A DNA stretch of 48,770 bases, filler included, from Dirinaria sp. TL-2023a (Eukaryota), in NCBI GenBank assembly GCA_051941275.1. It is 2 parts of 2 records of this genome, joined end to end, with 100 filler letters (N's around TTAATTAATTAA, not from the genome) between each part and the next. Parts side by side here need not be neighbours in the genome. Positions count along the whole stretch, not along the records: positions 1 to 24,346 come from JAVEBF010000191.1; positions 24,447 to 48,770 come from JAVEBF010000192.1. One strand, written 5' to 3'. How positions within the stretch are numbered: the first letter of the stretch is position 1; each line of letters begins with the position of its first letter. Both the position numbers and the translations under genes were made by a program. The notes beneath the pieces are model-generated. The model had not been told where the DNA came from and ran no database searches. It saw only the letters and a list, made by a program, of their open reading frames with translations. This document shows positions 14,218 through 25,887 of this stretch, in pieces.

Positions 14218-15702
14218 TTACTGCCCGTCTTGATGTGGGGCCACTCCGTCTCTCTCTCGGACTTGAGGCCTCTCGAACCTCGCCTCGATCAACGATACAG
14301 CACTACCCTTGGGAGTTCTGGTGCCTAGGAATTGATACCCCTGGCCAACGGTGGTGAAGAGCTTTCGCCAATCGGAAGCTGTTCGCTCGAGAGAGTTCCA
14401 GCCAGTTGCCTGTATCATGTCCAGGTTCCTAATGTTGACGCAAGAAGTCAGCATGGTTGCTTTCTATCTATCCGTGTTAGGATTGAATAAGGTACTGGCC
14501 TTTTCTGCTTTTGAGTCCAAGATGTGTTGGCTACCTCATCTGGCAAAAACTCATAGATCACCACCCTCGAGCCGTTCTTCATGGCTGGGATCAGTCTCTC
14601 CAAGATTTGTGCTGCGTATTTGTCGGCCCAGTTGTGCAGGATGAAGCGAAAGAAGTAGACATCAGCATGCTTGGTCGGTTGCTCTGCAAAAAAATCGTGG
14701 GCTACAAATTGGACGCGACCCTTGAGCTCGGATGGTAACAGCTTAACGCCTTCGGCAACAGTACCTTCCAAATCTTGGACAACAAATCTCACGTGCTTCG
14801 TTGCGCGAGCGAGAGCTTGGCTTACTCCGCCATGACCTCCGCCCACATCAACAACACAGGCCCCGGGAACATCCAGAGCCTTCCAGTCGTAGGCGTTGAT
14901 GAGATGCTTAATGTCATAGAGGCTGCCTTGCGTCATGAATCTCATCCCTCCACCAAAACGACGTGATCTCTCCGAGTTGCGAGCTAACCGTTGGTAGAAA
15001 GGGTCTGATGTCTGTTCTGCAATATTAAACCCAGTCTCGGTCGGTTCACTGGACTGCGGCCATTTCTGCATAGCCTCGAGCACGTGTACAGATCCTGGCG
15101 CAATGTCGTCCAATAAAAATCCGACAGTATCCTGCATGCCTTCGCTTCGCTTCAAGAGAAGTGAAGCTGCGCTATGGCTTACGAAGCCTGGGCTTGTCTC
15201 TTGGAAGAATCGATTGATTGCAGCATGTTGCACGAAACGGCGGACTAGTGTTTCATCGAGACCGCTGGAACAGGCCAGTTCTGAGTAGGATACAGCACCA
15301 TCATCCGGCACGTGCATGGCCAGCTGGTAATGATATATGAAACGGAGACTGAGAGCATCCGTGAACTACGAGTACATCCGATTAATCTTCCGGAAATAAC
15401 GCAAAAAAAACAGCGGAAGAAGCTAAGCGCGCAGTAATCATTTAAGGCTTTATGTTCAGGGGTTGGGAATCGCTCACGTTGAACAGAATTTCATAAAATT
15501 GGCCAACCGGTCCGTTTCCGAGTTGCTTCAGGTTTTGGCACCCATCCACAAACTCCTTTCGGCATTCTTCCACATCTTCGGGCAAATCAGATAGCGTGTC
15601 GCGATCAAATGAAGAAGACGGAAGGCCTTTACTAGCGGTGAAAGCGTCTAGACGCTTCGCTAGGGCGAGAATTCCTTCAGCTTGTTGAGTCAACGACGCC
15701 AT
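14218..15702 (-). CDS. Second SAM-dependent O-methyltransferase, 3 exons, ~433 aa
   Basis: Exons 15702-15478, 15365-14500 and 14428-14218. Motifs VVDVGGGHG, VVQDL, VAHDFF, ILHNWAD, NSLERT. The second intron needs a GC donor. Confidence 0.92.
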
Positions 15703-16327
15703 TTTACATCTAGTCTAACTACGCCGGTGGGCCTGGCTCATGTGAGACTTATAACTATCGTGATCTCGTGGTCACCTAGCTTTTGAGCGCCCCAGGCGCG
15801 GGCGAAATCATGCCCAACGAAAATGATCCCGCGGACCTGCGTGCGCTGACTCAGAACCAATGGCGGATTAGCCGAAAATTACCTGACTTTCAACCTGGGC
15901 CTTAGACCCTTACGTCCGTACAGCCTCGTGTTGTGGCCAGATCTGCTGCCAGGCATGCTGCAAGATCGTCGGAGTTTTTCCTGCAGTAGGATCCAAAGTG
16001 GACGCAGGAACAGCGTTAAGCTTTCATGCAGTCCAGTCGCACGTGTTCTCTGCGGACGTGGACCATCAGCCATTCCTGAAGGCTTTCTGAATCCTACGCT
16101 TCATATTGAAGACTGCTGAGGATTGAAACAAATGACCCCCAAATACGAAAAGTGCCTCGAGCTGACCCGAAGAGGCGTTATGGTTGCAACCTTTAGCCCA
16201 GGCGGAATGGCAATGAAGCGGCAAAGCTCGGCCACAGATTCGAGCAATTCTTGTGGAGCAAAGTTATAAGAGCAGTGAGTTTTCCTGGATTACTATGTTC
16301 GAATGGTCCACGCGGAGCTCAGCTAAT

Positions 16328-18389
16328 ATGACAGGCATAGTAAGGAAGATAGTAAAGGCTGCGACTCTCGCTAGTCTCTTCTATTCTAGTTGTCAAGCCC
16401 GACGACTGCTGGGCTCATCCTTCGGCGGACCAGGTAATGTAACTTACGACTATGTCGTAGTCGGTATGTCATGGGTTTTATGATTTGTCCTGGAATGAAG
16501 TGGACTAATGCAGGTAGGCGGAGGAACTGCGGGCCTCGCCATCGCTACTAGGCTTGCGCAAGGCCAGCATACTGTGGCTGTCATTGAAGCTGGCAGCTTC
16601 TATGAAATAGGAAACAGCAATTTCAGCCAAGTTCCCATCTACGCTGCCGCCTTCACAGCCAAATCACCCTTGCAGAAGTCTCCTCAGGTTGACTGGGGTT
16701 TCGTTACTACTCCTCAGCCGGTGAGTAATACTTTTTCCGGCGCTAAAGCTCGGCGATCACTAATCGATGAGTCGTTAGGGCTTTGATGGCCAATCGCCCC
16801 TGTATACACGTGGCAAATGCCTAGGAGGTAGCTCGGCAAGGAATTATCTATCCTACCAGATTGGTCCCAGTAGCTCGTATGATCTATGGGCGCAATTGGT
16901 CGAAGACGATGACTACAGATTCCACAACTTCCAGCGATACTTCCAAAAAAGTCTTAAATTCACACCACCTTCGAACTTGCGGCCTGCTAACGCGACTCCT
17001 TCATACGACGCAGCTAGTCTTGGCAGTAATTCTGGGCCTCTTTCTGTGGCGTTTAGCAACTACGCAATGGCTTTTAGCTCTTGGGCCCGCCTCGCGCTGG
17101 ACCAGTTAGGCTTTCCACGCATCAGAGGTTTCACCAGCGGCAACATTCTTGGACAGTCATACCAGCTTTTGACGCTCAACGCGACGAACATGGAACGAGA
17201 CTCCTCTGAAACCTCCTTTCTGCAGAAATTGGGCTTGTCTAATCCAAATTTGATTATCTATCCGTCAACTTTGGTGAGAAAGGTACTTTTTGACGCGAAC
17301 AAGAAGGCGACTGGTGTCATGATAGATTTTGGAGGAGAGCCATTCTTGTTGTCTGTCAACAAGGAGGTGGTACTTTCAGCAGGCGCGTTTCAGTCTCCAC
17401 AACTCCTCATGGTTTCCGGAGTTGGCCCCAGTTCCACGCTGAGAGTGTACAACATCCCAGTCGTTGCTGACTTGCCAGGAGTTGGGCAGAACATGTGGGA
17501 TCACGTGGTGGGGGGGCCCTCTTACAGGGTCAACGTACTTACCACTACTGAGCTCAGCATCAACCCTCGATTCGAATCTCAAGCTGTAGAAGATTATCTC
17601 TCCCAACCGCCTAGCGGCATGCTCACAGATGGCGGATCCGACTTGCTAGGTGAGTCTTTCACATCCTAGAAGGGGGTTTCCTTACTTGTCGGTTAATATC
17701 GTAGCGTTCGAGATCCTTCCGAACCGTACTCGTAGGCCGCCATTCCAGCAGAACGTCTCCTTTTCATCGGACTGGCCTGATGTTGAGTACATCTTCACAT
17801 CTGCTTTCCTGGGTAATCTCACCACGGGAGCACAGCCTGTGGACGGGTACAACTATGCCAGTATCTCCATGGCCCTGGTGGCACCCTACTCCCGGGGCAA
17901 TGTCACCATCAACTCTGCAAATGCGGCGGAACCCCCCGTCATCAACCCCAATTGGCTCACTGACCCCCGTGATCAAGCAACCGTCATCGCAGGCTACAAG
18001 CGTGCAAGGCAGATTTTCCAGAGCCGTGCGATGGCTCCCATACTGATAGGGAACGAGTATTTTCCAGGAGCTGCGGTGCGAAGCGATGCGCAGATCCTCG
18101 ACGTCATCAGACAGAGCTTTACTACGGTCTTCCACGCTTCGTGCACGTGCAAGATGGGCGTCAAGAGCGATCCCGCGGCCGTTGTAGACTCCAAAGCGCG
18201 TGTCTTTGGAGTTTCAGGCTTAAGAGTCGTGGATGCTTCATCATTCGCGGTGTTACCTCCCGGTCATCCTGTCTCTACAGTTTGTAAGTACAGCCAGCAT
18301 TCGCGCTCAAGATGTCGGAGGAGGGGCTGACTGTATGCGCAGATGCACTTGCAGAGAAAATTGCTGCGGACATCCTGAGCGGGAATTGA
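16328..18389 (+). CDS. GMC (AA3) flavin oxidoreductase with a signal-peptide-like N-terminus, PatE/PkfF-like
   Basis: RRLLGSSFG..YDYVVVGGGTAG across an intron, VIEAG, GKCLGGSSARN, SAGAFQSPQLLMVSGVG, VGQNMWDH, catalytic VFHASCTC and PPGHP. Last exon ALAEKIAADILSGN*. Confidence 0.93.
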
Positions 18390-19136
18390 GGACGAACATA
18401 GGGAGGAGTAAAGGAGTCGTTTGATGAACAGAACGCGAGTGGTTTTTCAGCGTATGTACGAGTACTGTAAGCAGGCGTCGGGAGAAACGGTAGGGTGAAA
18501 GGGTTTTCCATTCTGACTACATGTATTACTGAAGTTTCTGTACATCAATAGCAGTCGTCAGCCACCAAGTTTTCAAATAAATCTTATAAATCAGTGGGAA
18601 ATCGGAAATCGTACCATCGGAATCATGTTATTCGGGTACGCTAGCAGGGGCGATCTGCATCAAGCCATGCAGATTGAAGTGCGAGGAGAAACAGGTATGG
18701 AGTGCTTCCTTCCTTCCTCCATCTTTCACCCATACGTACATTATCACTGTATCTTGGCTGCCTAAAGCAAGGTCCGTAAGGTCGGGAGGGGAAACCCCAA
18801 TTAGGTAATTATCTCCTACTCACACTCTCCCGCTGAACGGACTTAACTGATGTGGTGCGCAGCCTTTGTCGGCAATCCGCGTCCAAAATTGCCTGTTTCG
18901 GCACTTTTATTAAGTCCGAGCTCCGAGCAAGGGGAAAAAGTATCCGAGTCAGCCTCTAATGCACATGTCAAACTCAGGTCCATTTACTATCCCAATGTAG
19001 CTCTCTAGGTTGAGCATGACGTGAAGTTCTCCTCGAGCACACCGTCATCATCATCATCACCACAACCGCTGTCCAACACGCATCTCGCCTTCTCCCCCTC
19101 GCCATCTCAAATTCTTCTCAACGCCCATTCGAGATC

Positions 19137-20347
19137 ATGCCTCCGCCATTTGATCAGATCTTTCCACCCTCCCCAACTTTCACGGAACATCATGCCGGCG
19201 ACCAAGGCGGTCGGGTGTTCTTGATCACCGGAAGCACCTCCGGAGTCGGCTTCGAGCTTGCTAAACTGCTTTATGGCCTGAACGGAACCGTCTACGTCGC
19301 AGCGCGCTCCCCGGAAAAGATTAAGCAAGCCATTAAATCGATCAAGAGCCAAGTTCACACCAAGGCTGGCCGCGTGGAAGCGTTGGAGGTGGATCTGGCG
19401 AACCTGGCATCGATCGGGCAGTCGGCTCGCGCATTTCTCGCAAAAGAGGACCGGCTCGATGTCCTTGTGCACAATGCCGGTCTTATGACGCCCCCGGCTG
19501 GCAGTAAAACAAACCTAGTGAGTTTTGAAATCGTTGCCGCACAGCGTATCCAGACCTGGAGGCTCACTGATGATGGGGTGGTAGGGACATGATCTCGAAA
19601 TGGGCACGAACTGTCTCGGGCCTTTCCTCTTCAACCATTATCTTGAGCCGACCCTCAAGAAAACGGCGGCATCGTCGGAAAACCGCCTTGGCGTCCGAAT
19701 CGTCTGGGTCGCATCAATGATAGCCGCGTCGGTACCAAAAGGCGGCATCACGATGAATAACGACGGAAGCCCCAAGGTCATCAAGGTACGCAAACGTAGA
19801 AAGAAAAATCGGTATGCGCACAGGTACTGAGGCTAGTAGAACGCGATGGAGAATTATATGCAGAGCAAGGTCGGCAATGTCTTCCTGGCCAAAGAGACGG
19901 CTCAGCGCGTCGACAATGATGGCATTATAAACGTGGTAGGTTCACCGAAAAGCCTGCTTTGGGATATCAGCATCAACTGATGACGTTCAGAGCGTGAATC
20001 CAGGACTGCTGAAGACGGGGCTGCAGCGGCATGTTTCGGCCCTTCAACGCATGATAATGGTAGGACGCGACCCTCTTCCTGTCCTCTGGATACTTGTCCA
20101 CCTTCTTAGAGCCTTTGTGTCTGATCCCTTCCATCAGAATCTCATGTTGAAAGACCCCAAATACGGCGCATACTCGGAGTTGTTTGCCTGTCTCTCGCCC
20201 GAGGTCACCCGCCAGGCCGGCAGCCCCTTCATCCTCCCGTGGGGTCGCTTCGGCGAGATTCCGGACCATATTCAGCAGAGCATTGATGAAGGAAAGGCTT
20301 CTTCTTTCTATCACTGGTGCGACCGAGAAACCAAGGCATATCAGTAG
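19137..20347 (+). CDS. Short-chain dehydrogenase/reductase (retinol-dehydrogenase-like), multi-exon
   Basis: Motifs ITGSTSGVG, LVHNAG, MGTNCLGPF, catalytic NYMQSK, VNPGLLKT and FILPWGR. Confidence 0.92.
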
Positions 20348-21201
20348 GGACGGGGACGGGTTTGGGGTCTGAGTACGGATGCATGCAAGTTACAATCAGC
20401 ACTTTAGCAGGCGCAGTAAATAGGCCACATCACATAATACCCAATTTTTGCGAACTGATGGATTCCCTGCTTTCGCGGAGATTCTTGGGTTTGTGAGTTT
20501 GTCGGGTAGCTTGTAGATTTCCGATTCCGATGCAAAATCCCCCAGTCGACAGCACGTGACCATTGAATCCGTCCTCCCATCTTGGTTTAGCTTCATTACC
20601 GGCAACTTTACCATACATGTATACAACGAAGCGAAATCTCAGTGCCAAGAAATCACTGTAATTTTTTGAAAGTCGACGTCATACCCTGTAAGACCTGTGA
20701 AGGGTGATGCATGCAGAGACCAAGTCGTTCAGCGAGTGCAAATCATTAGTGCAGTGATGCTCTTGGGTGTCTCCCCAGGCCACTATCCTATGCGATCCGG
20801 AGGACGACCGATGGATACCATGGACAGTAGTATCTGCCCTGCAGGTCAATGCGCGCGCACACGCAATGCTGAATCAAGACATTTGCCCCTGATCAGGCCA
20901 AGCACTCCAAACAGATCCGGATGGTAGACAATCACCAATCAAACCGTCGTCCGTGAGTTTAGTCAATCGATCGAACAATCTACGGAAAATGTCTGAGGAA
21001 TTCCGGTGTCTGTATGAACGAGGCCGAAGCAGGCTGGATGCAGATACGGACCTGCGTGGGTTTACTCGCGCCACCAAACTTTCAATGCTCGTTGCCTGTT
21101 CGCCATACTGCATTGAAGCTCTTAGTATTGCAGACTTATGATTTCCCTGGGTATGACATGCTCATCATCTGTTGTGTCTTGCAGTCTCGCTCTTGTGTGA
21201 A

Positions 21202-23062
21202 ATGCAGTATCTGAGTCTTGGAGCGCCTTTGGCTGGCATCTTGTTCGTCTTGTTCTGGGTCTTCCGGTCGTTCTTCAAGCTCCGAGATGTTCCTGGGCCA
21301 TTCCTGGCATCGTGGACAAATTTTCCCCGTTTGTGGTGGGTTCTAAGCAACCGGGCTCATGACATCCATATCCAGCTGCATCGCCAGCATGGAAAATTGG
21401 TGCGATTTGGCCCGAACATGGTGTCAATATCGGACCCCGCGGAGATCCCGACGGTATACGGCTTCAGCGCGGTTTTTCAGAAAGTAAGCGACCGTTGGCC
21501 TGGGTCAGGTTGGTTTTCAGAACTGATTTGACACGGCATAGTCCGATTTTTACCATGTCCTGCTTCTTTACGCCAGAGGAAAGCCAGTACCTACGATTTT
21601 TGCAACACAGGATGAAGGTTTGCACCGAACCTTACGGAAGCCCATTGCTGCCATGTACAGCATGAGTCAGGTGGTTTCATTCGAATCGCAGGTGAACTCT
21701 ACAATGGACTACTTCTTCCAGCGCCTGGACGCCTTATTCGCCGACGGGAATGCGGTCTGTAATTTGGCATTCTGGCTTCAAGCTTTCGCATTTGACGTTA
21801 TAGGCGAAATTACCTTTTCAAGGCGTATGGGATTTCTCGAGAAAGGCAAAGATATAGAGGGCATCATGGCGTCAATCTGGAAATACTTCTTTAGAGCCGC
21901 CCCAGTAAGTTCTCTATCTAACGGCTGTGTCCCTCCATCCTCTCTGCATCGGATGTGCAAAAAAGTTCTCTGAGCATACATATACTTAATACTGTCAAAA
22001 TCAAAATGCAGCTTAATGTCAAATCTCACAAAGATTCAATTCTTAGGTAACCCAGATGCCATGGTTGGATCTAGTATGGACCAAAAATCCAATAAAACAG
22101 CGTCTGCGCAGAGCTAAGCCAAACCCGATTGTGGCCTTCGCAACCGCGAGAGCCCAGGAGCGACAGAGTCAGATGGAGAAAGCCCCATCCGCTAAACAAG
22201 CTGTGGAAAATAAAGACTTCCTGTCTCGATTTCTTGAGGTGATTCAAAAGGATAAGCAAATTCCGCCTTTTGCACTTACCGCCTGGACTACGTCCAATGT
22301 CACTGCCGGTAGCGACACAACAGCTATTCTCCTTCGCTCTATATTCTACAGCCTCATGCGGCATCCTCAGTCCATGCGTTGTCTGCTTGATGAGATTGAT
22401 CAGGCTGCACAGGTAGGCGCGCTCTCTCGGCTGGTGACCTGGAAGGAAGCTCGCGCACTTCCATACCTTGATGCGTGCATCAAGGAGGCCGCTCGTCTGC
22501 ATCCCCCTTTTGGGCTACCTTTTGAACGGGTCGTGCCTTCAGGAGGCGCAACTATATGCGGTCGCCGCTTCGCAGCCGGGACTGTCGTTGCTATACCTGC
22601 GTTCGTTGTCCATCGAGACGTGGATACTTTCGGCGGCGATTCTGACGAGTGGAGGCCTGAGCGGTGGTTTTGTGAAGAGTCCAAACGGCGGCGTATGGAG
22701 AATTCGATGCTTACTGTAAGTGAAGGACCCAAGCTCTGCCCTTGGAGTGCCGCTAGTTGAATTGAAATGGCTGATAAGTTGTGCCGGCCCCTTTAGTTTG
22801 GTGCGGGCCATAGAGCTTGCTTAGGGAAAAATATCTCTTACCTTGAGATCTACAAATTGGTGCCGAGCATGTTGAGGAAGTATGAGGTGAGTCAAATGCA
22901 GAGGGGAAAGACAGCAGCAATGCTGTTGACTGATGATGACTGATATTCGTCGCACAGATTACCTTTGCAAACCCAGCCCAGCAAGAGTGGGTGGTGAAAA
23001 ATCGATGGTTGACTCACCAATCCAATTTCAATGTGAAACTACGGCAGCGGGTGGTGGACTGA
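21202..23062 (+). CDS. Cytochrome P450 monooxygenase (MpaD/CicH/PkfB-like), 5 exons; start codon uncertain
   Basis: N-terminal TM segment, then VPGP, VRFGPNMVS, FAFDVIGEITFS, AGSDTT (I helix), KEAARLHP (ExxR), WRPERW, heme FGAGHRACLG (~22797-22826). Last exon ends RQRVVD*. Confidence 0.93.
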
Positions 23063-23580
23063 GATGGATCTTGGTACCATCACGCTTGTAGGACTGGCTT
23101 GTCTGAGGGGATCTATCCCATACCTCGAAAAGGTGTGCTTTTCAAATGTAGAGCTCGATAGGGCAATGTCTTTCATACCTTCTTATCCGCTATGCGCGTT
23201 TCACGAAGCTACCACGACGCTCTTTATCGACTTGAAGACTTTTTTCCCTGGGTTTGAATACCTAATGCACTGGCTGTCGTTCTATGTAGTAGCTTTTTTA
23301 GAATTACTAGAAGCTAGTACGTGTATTCTTGCTAGTGGTATGGAATGCAGCAGGTCAGGTAACGACATTCGGCGCAGACAAAAAATTTCTTGAAAGGTAT
23401 ATGGGTTATGACAAATCCTTTTTCATAAGGATATACCTAGCTAACCCTTGGTTCACCGCTATGTTCGCCTTCAATAGGGCAAGTCTCAAACGGCAAAACC
23501 CTTGATCCATCAACGGAAAATGGCTGTCCCAGTATCATCAATTCCTTCAATTGATCGTCCAAAAATCTCAACCCGTTCCC

Positions 23581-24246
23581 TCATTCATCCTTACCCTTCT
23601 TCCCATACGAATGGGCCATCCTGTTCAGCATATGCTTCTCCACCGTCAAACCTTCATCCTCCTCACTCCCATCCAACGCCTTCAGCTCACAGTCTAGATT
23701 CCCATCAAAGAAGAAAACAATACTATACCTCTCTCCCAGGCCCTTATGCACGACCCGGTGCAAGCTACTCTTGTACCTCCCGCCCGTCCACTTGCTCAGC
23801 ATATCCCCGACATTGACCACGTACGCATCCGGGTTCGGGGTTATCTGCACCCAGCGCTCCTGGAGCGCATCGTACACTTCCAAGCCGGGGTTCTCGTCCG
23901 TGAGAAGGAGGGTGACGGCGCCGAAATCGGTGTGCGCGCTGGCCCCGAACTGGGGCTTGCTGGTCGCGGCGGTGGCGGGAGGGTAGTGCAGCAGGCGCAG
24001 GGGCGCGGCGGGCGTGTTGGAGACGAATTCGTCGAAGATGTCCGGGCCGTAAGGGAGTGAACGCGCGAGGAGCGAGAACACCGTCAGGGTCAGCGAGTAG
24101 ATGGCGGAGTAGTAGCGCTCGCAGGGGGACCGGAACTCGTCGGCGGAGAGATGATGTTCCGCTGGCCAGACGTTGGGACCCATGAAGAAGCGCTTGGAGA
24201 GGGTACGTGGATCGTTGGGAGGAATGTCGGCGCCGATGTAGAAACC
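23581..24246 (-). CDS. 2-oxoglutarate/Fe(II) dioxygenase (IPNS-like family); only the last exon is visible, the 5' part is lost in the gap
   Basis: Acceptor ccag|GGT at 24246 opens GFYIGAD..GPNVWP, LRLLHYPP, AHTDFG (HxD), VVNVGDML, SSLHRV and RYS. Confidence 0.88.
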   Translation of the reverse strand, partial: GFYIGADIPPNDPRTLSKRFFMGPNVWPAEHHLSADEFRSPCERYYSAIYSLTLTVFSLLARSLPYGPDIFDEFVSNTPAAPLRLLHYPPATAATSKPQFGASAHTDFGAVTLLLTDENPGLEVYDALQERWVQITPNPDAYVVNVGDMLSKWTGGRYKSSLHRVVHKGLGERYSIVFFFDGNLDCELKALDGSEEDEGLTVEKHMLNRMAHSYGKKGKDE

Positions 24247-24346
24247 CTGGGAGAGGGACGTGTCATTATCGTTAACTTCTGGGCGTGAAGCTCATTCTCA
24301 AATTGATTCTACGGGCGATTGCTGACAATATAAACAAGGGGAGAGG

Positions 24347-24446
24347 NNNNNNNNNNNNNNNNNNNNNNNNNNNNNNNNNNNNNNNNNNNNTTAATTAATT
24401 AANNNNNNNNNNNNNNNNNNNNNNNNNNNNNNNNNNNNNNNNNNNN
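24347..24446. other. Assembly gap or contig linker (N44-TTAATTAATTAA-N44)
   Basis: Exactly 100 nt with a central self-complementary all-frame stop spacer at 24391-24402. G/C homopolymer-rich ends flank it. Confidence 0.97.
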
Positions 24447-24535
24447 AAACCCCCCCCCCCCCACCCCTCCGAAATGCGGCTTTCGTCAATTACATAGGTA
24501 CCTCCAACAGCAAACAAACAAAATCGATTGTAAAA

Positions 24536-25887
24536 CTACGGCCACCAACCCCTCTTCTTATAGCTCTCAACCACTTCCCGGACTTGCTCCACGCCCAAGC
24601 GTTCCACCTGCAGAGACCACCCCAGCTCCTTGGCCGCCTTCGCGCGATTGAGACACAGGTCGCAATCCTTGAGGAGCTCCTTCTCCATGAAGGGGCTCAG
24701 GGGCCCGCTCTCGGCGATGCCCTTTTCCTTGAGCAGGTCCGCCCACGGCTGGAGGATCTCCTCGTTGACGTCCTCGACGACGGAGTCGAGGTTCAGCTTC
24801 GCAAAGGACGAGATGAACGTGTTCTGGAAGCCCGTCTTCAGCTCGAAGATGTTGCTGAACAGCGTCGCCAGCGTGCCCTGGCTCGTGTCACCCGCGTCGA
24901 CGATGTTGAAGGCGCGGTCCGCCGCCGTCGTGGCGCGGGAGGGCGCATGTTGCGCGCACCACGACGCTGCGGCCCAGGCCGCCGTGCATACGTCCGAGAT
25001 GTGCACCGTGTTCACCCGCAGGTCTTTGCCCCACAACCACTTCAGTTCCTTGCCCCGGCTCTCGTATACCCGAGCGAGGCACAGCCCCCGAGCCAGGAAG
25101 CCAACGTCGTAGGGACCGTAGACGTGCGCCAAGCGCAGAGTTGCGTAGTGCAGGTCCTGCTCTTGGGCTAGTTTCTCCAATCCTTCTTCGGCTTGAAGCT
25201 TGTATTTCGCGATCTTGAGCCATGGCTTGTAGGTCGATGTCTCTGAGCAGCCGCCGGCGGAGATGGTGGAGGAAGACGGAGGCTTGTAGACCATGCCTGT
25301 GGAGAACTCGATCAGGGCGGGGGTTTTGCGGCGCGCGCATTCGCGGGCGAGGTTCAGGGACAGGGCGAGGGAGCGGGCAGAGTAGACGGATTCGTCCTGC
25401 GAGTAGCGGGTTTCTCCGCCGCAATTGAAGACATAGGTGTATTCTTGAGCCGTCTTCGGGGTGAAGATCCGGGAGAGGGATTCTGTTTTTCCGCCACCAG
25501 GCGTTTCTTAGCTTCACCCTAGGTAGATTTGTTCTCGGAGTGTAGAGGGCGGAGATAGCGTACGCTCACGGCTGGCATCTGCTTGCATGAATTTGTCCTG
25601 CGAGCATGCTTCGGAGAATTCAGGCGCAAGGCGCGCGAGTTGTGGAAGGACCTTGTCCACCAGGCGAACTTCGGACGCAAGGTTGTTCTGATGGATGTGC
25701 AATGCGAGGAAGCGTCCTACGTAGCCTGCCATTGCGTATATATAAGTCAGTCATGTTGATCCACTTCGAGATGGAAGCACAGGATAGTACCAAGACCTCC
25801 AACGATCAGCACCGCAGGTTTGCCCGATGTGGATGATCCTGGCGCCGACGTCGACGGGACACTGTCCTCCTTCGAGACTGCTGCCAT
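24536..25887 (-). CDS. NAD-dependent epimerase/dehydratase family protein, 3 exons
   Basis: Spliced N-terminus KPAVLIVGGLG|YVGRFLA (Rossmann GGxGxxG), then FNCGGETRYSQ, STGMVY, LRLAHVYGPYD, NTVHISDV. Confidence 0.9.

Larger units (their letters stand above)
458..23062. other. Secondary-metabolite biosynthetic gene cluster (NRPS-like reductase core; may extend beyond the left edge)
   Basis: Eight contiguous genes that are all secondary-metabolism types: OMT, Zn2Cys6 TF, MFS, A-T-R, OMT, GMC, SDR, P450. A 2OG-Fe(II) gene is adjacent. Confidence 0.9.

Noticed and set aside
24391..24402. Perfect palindrome TTAATTAATTAA
   Set aside because: It is centred between two N44 runs, so it is an artificial contig spacer.
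24584..25517. Long overlapping alternative-frame ORFs over the epimerase
   Set aside because: Expected by-product of high GC codon bias depleting stop codons.
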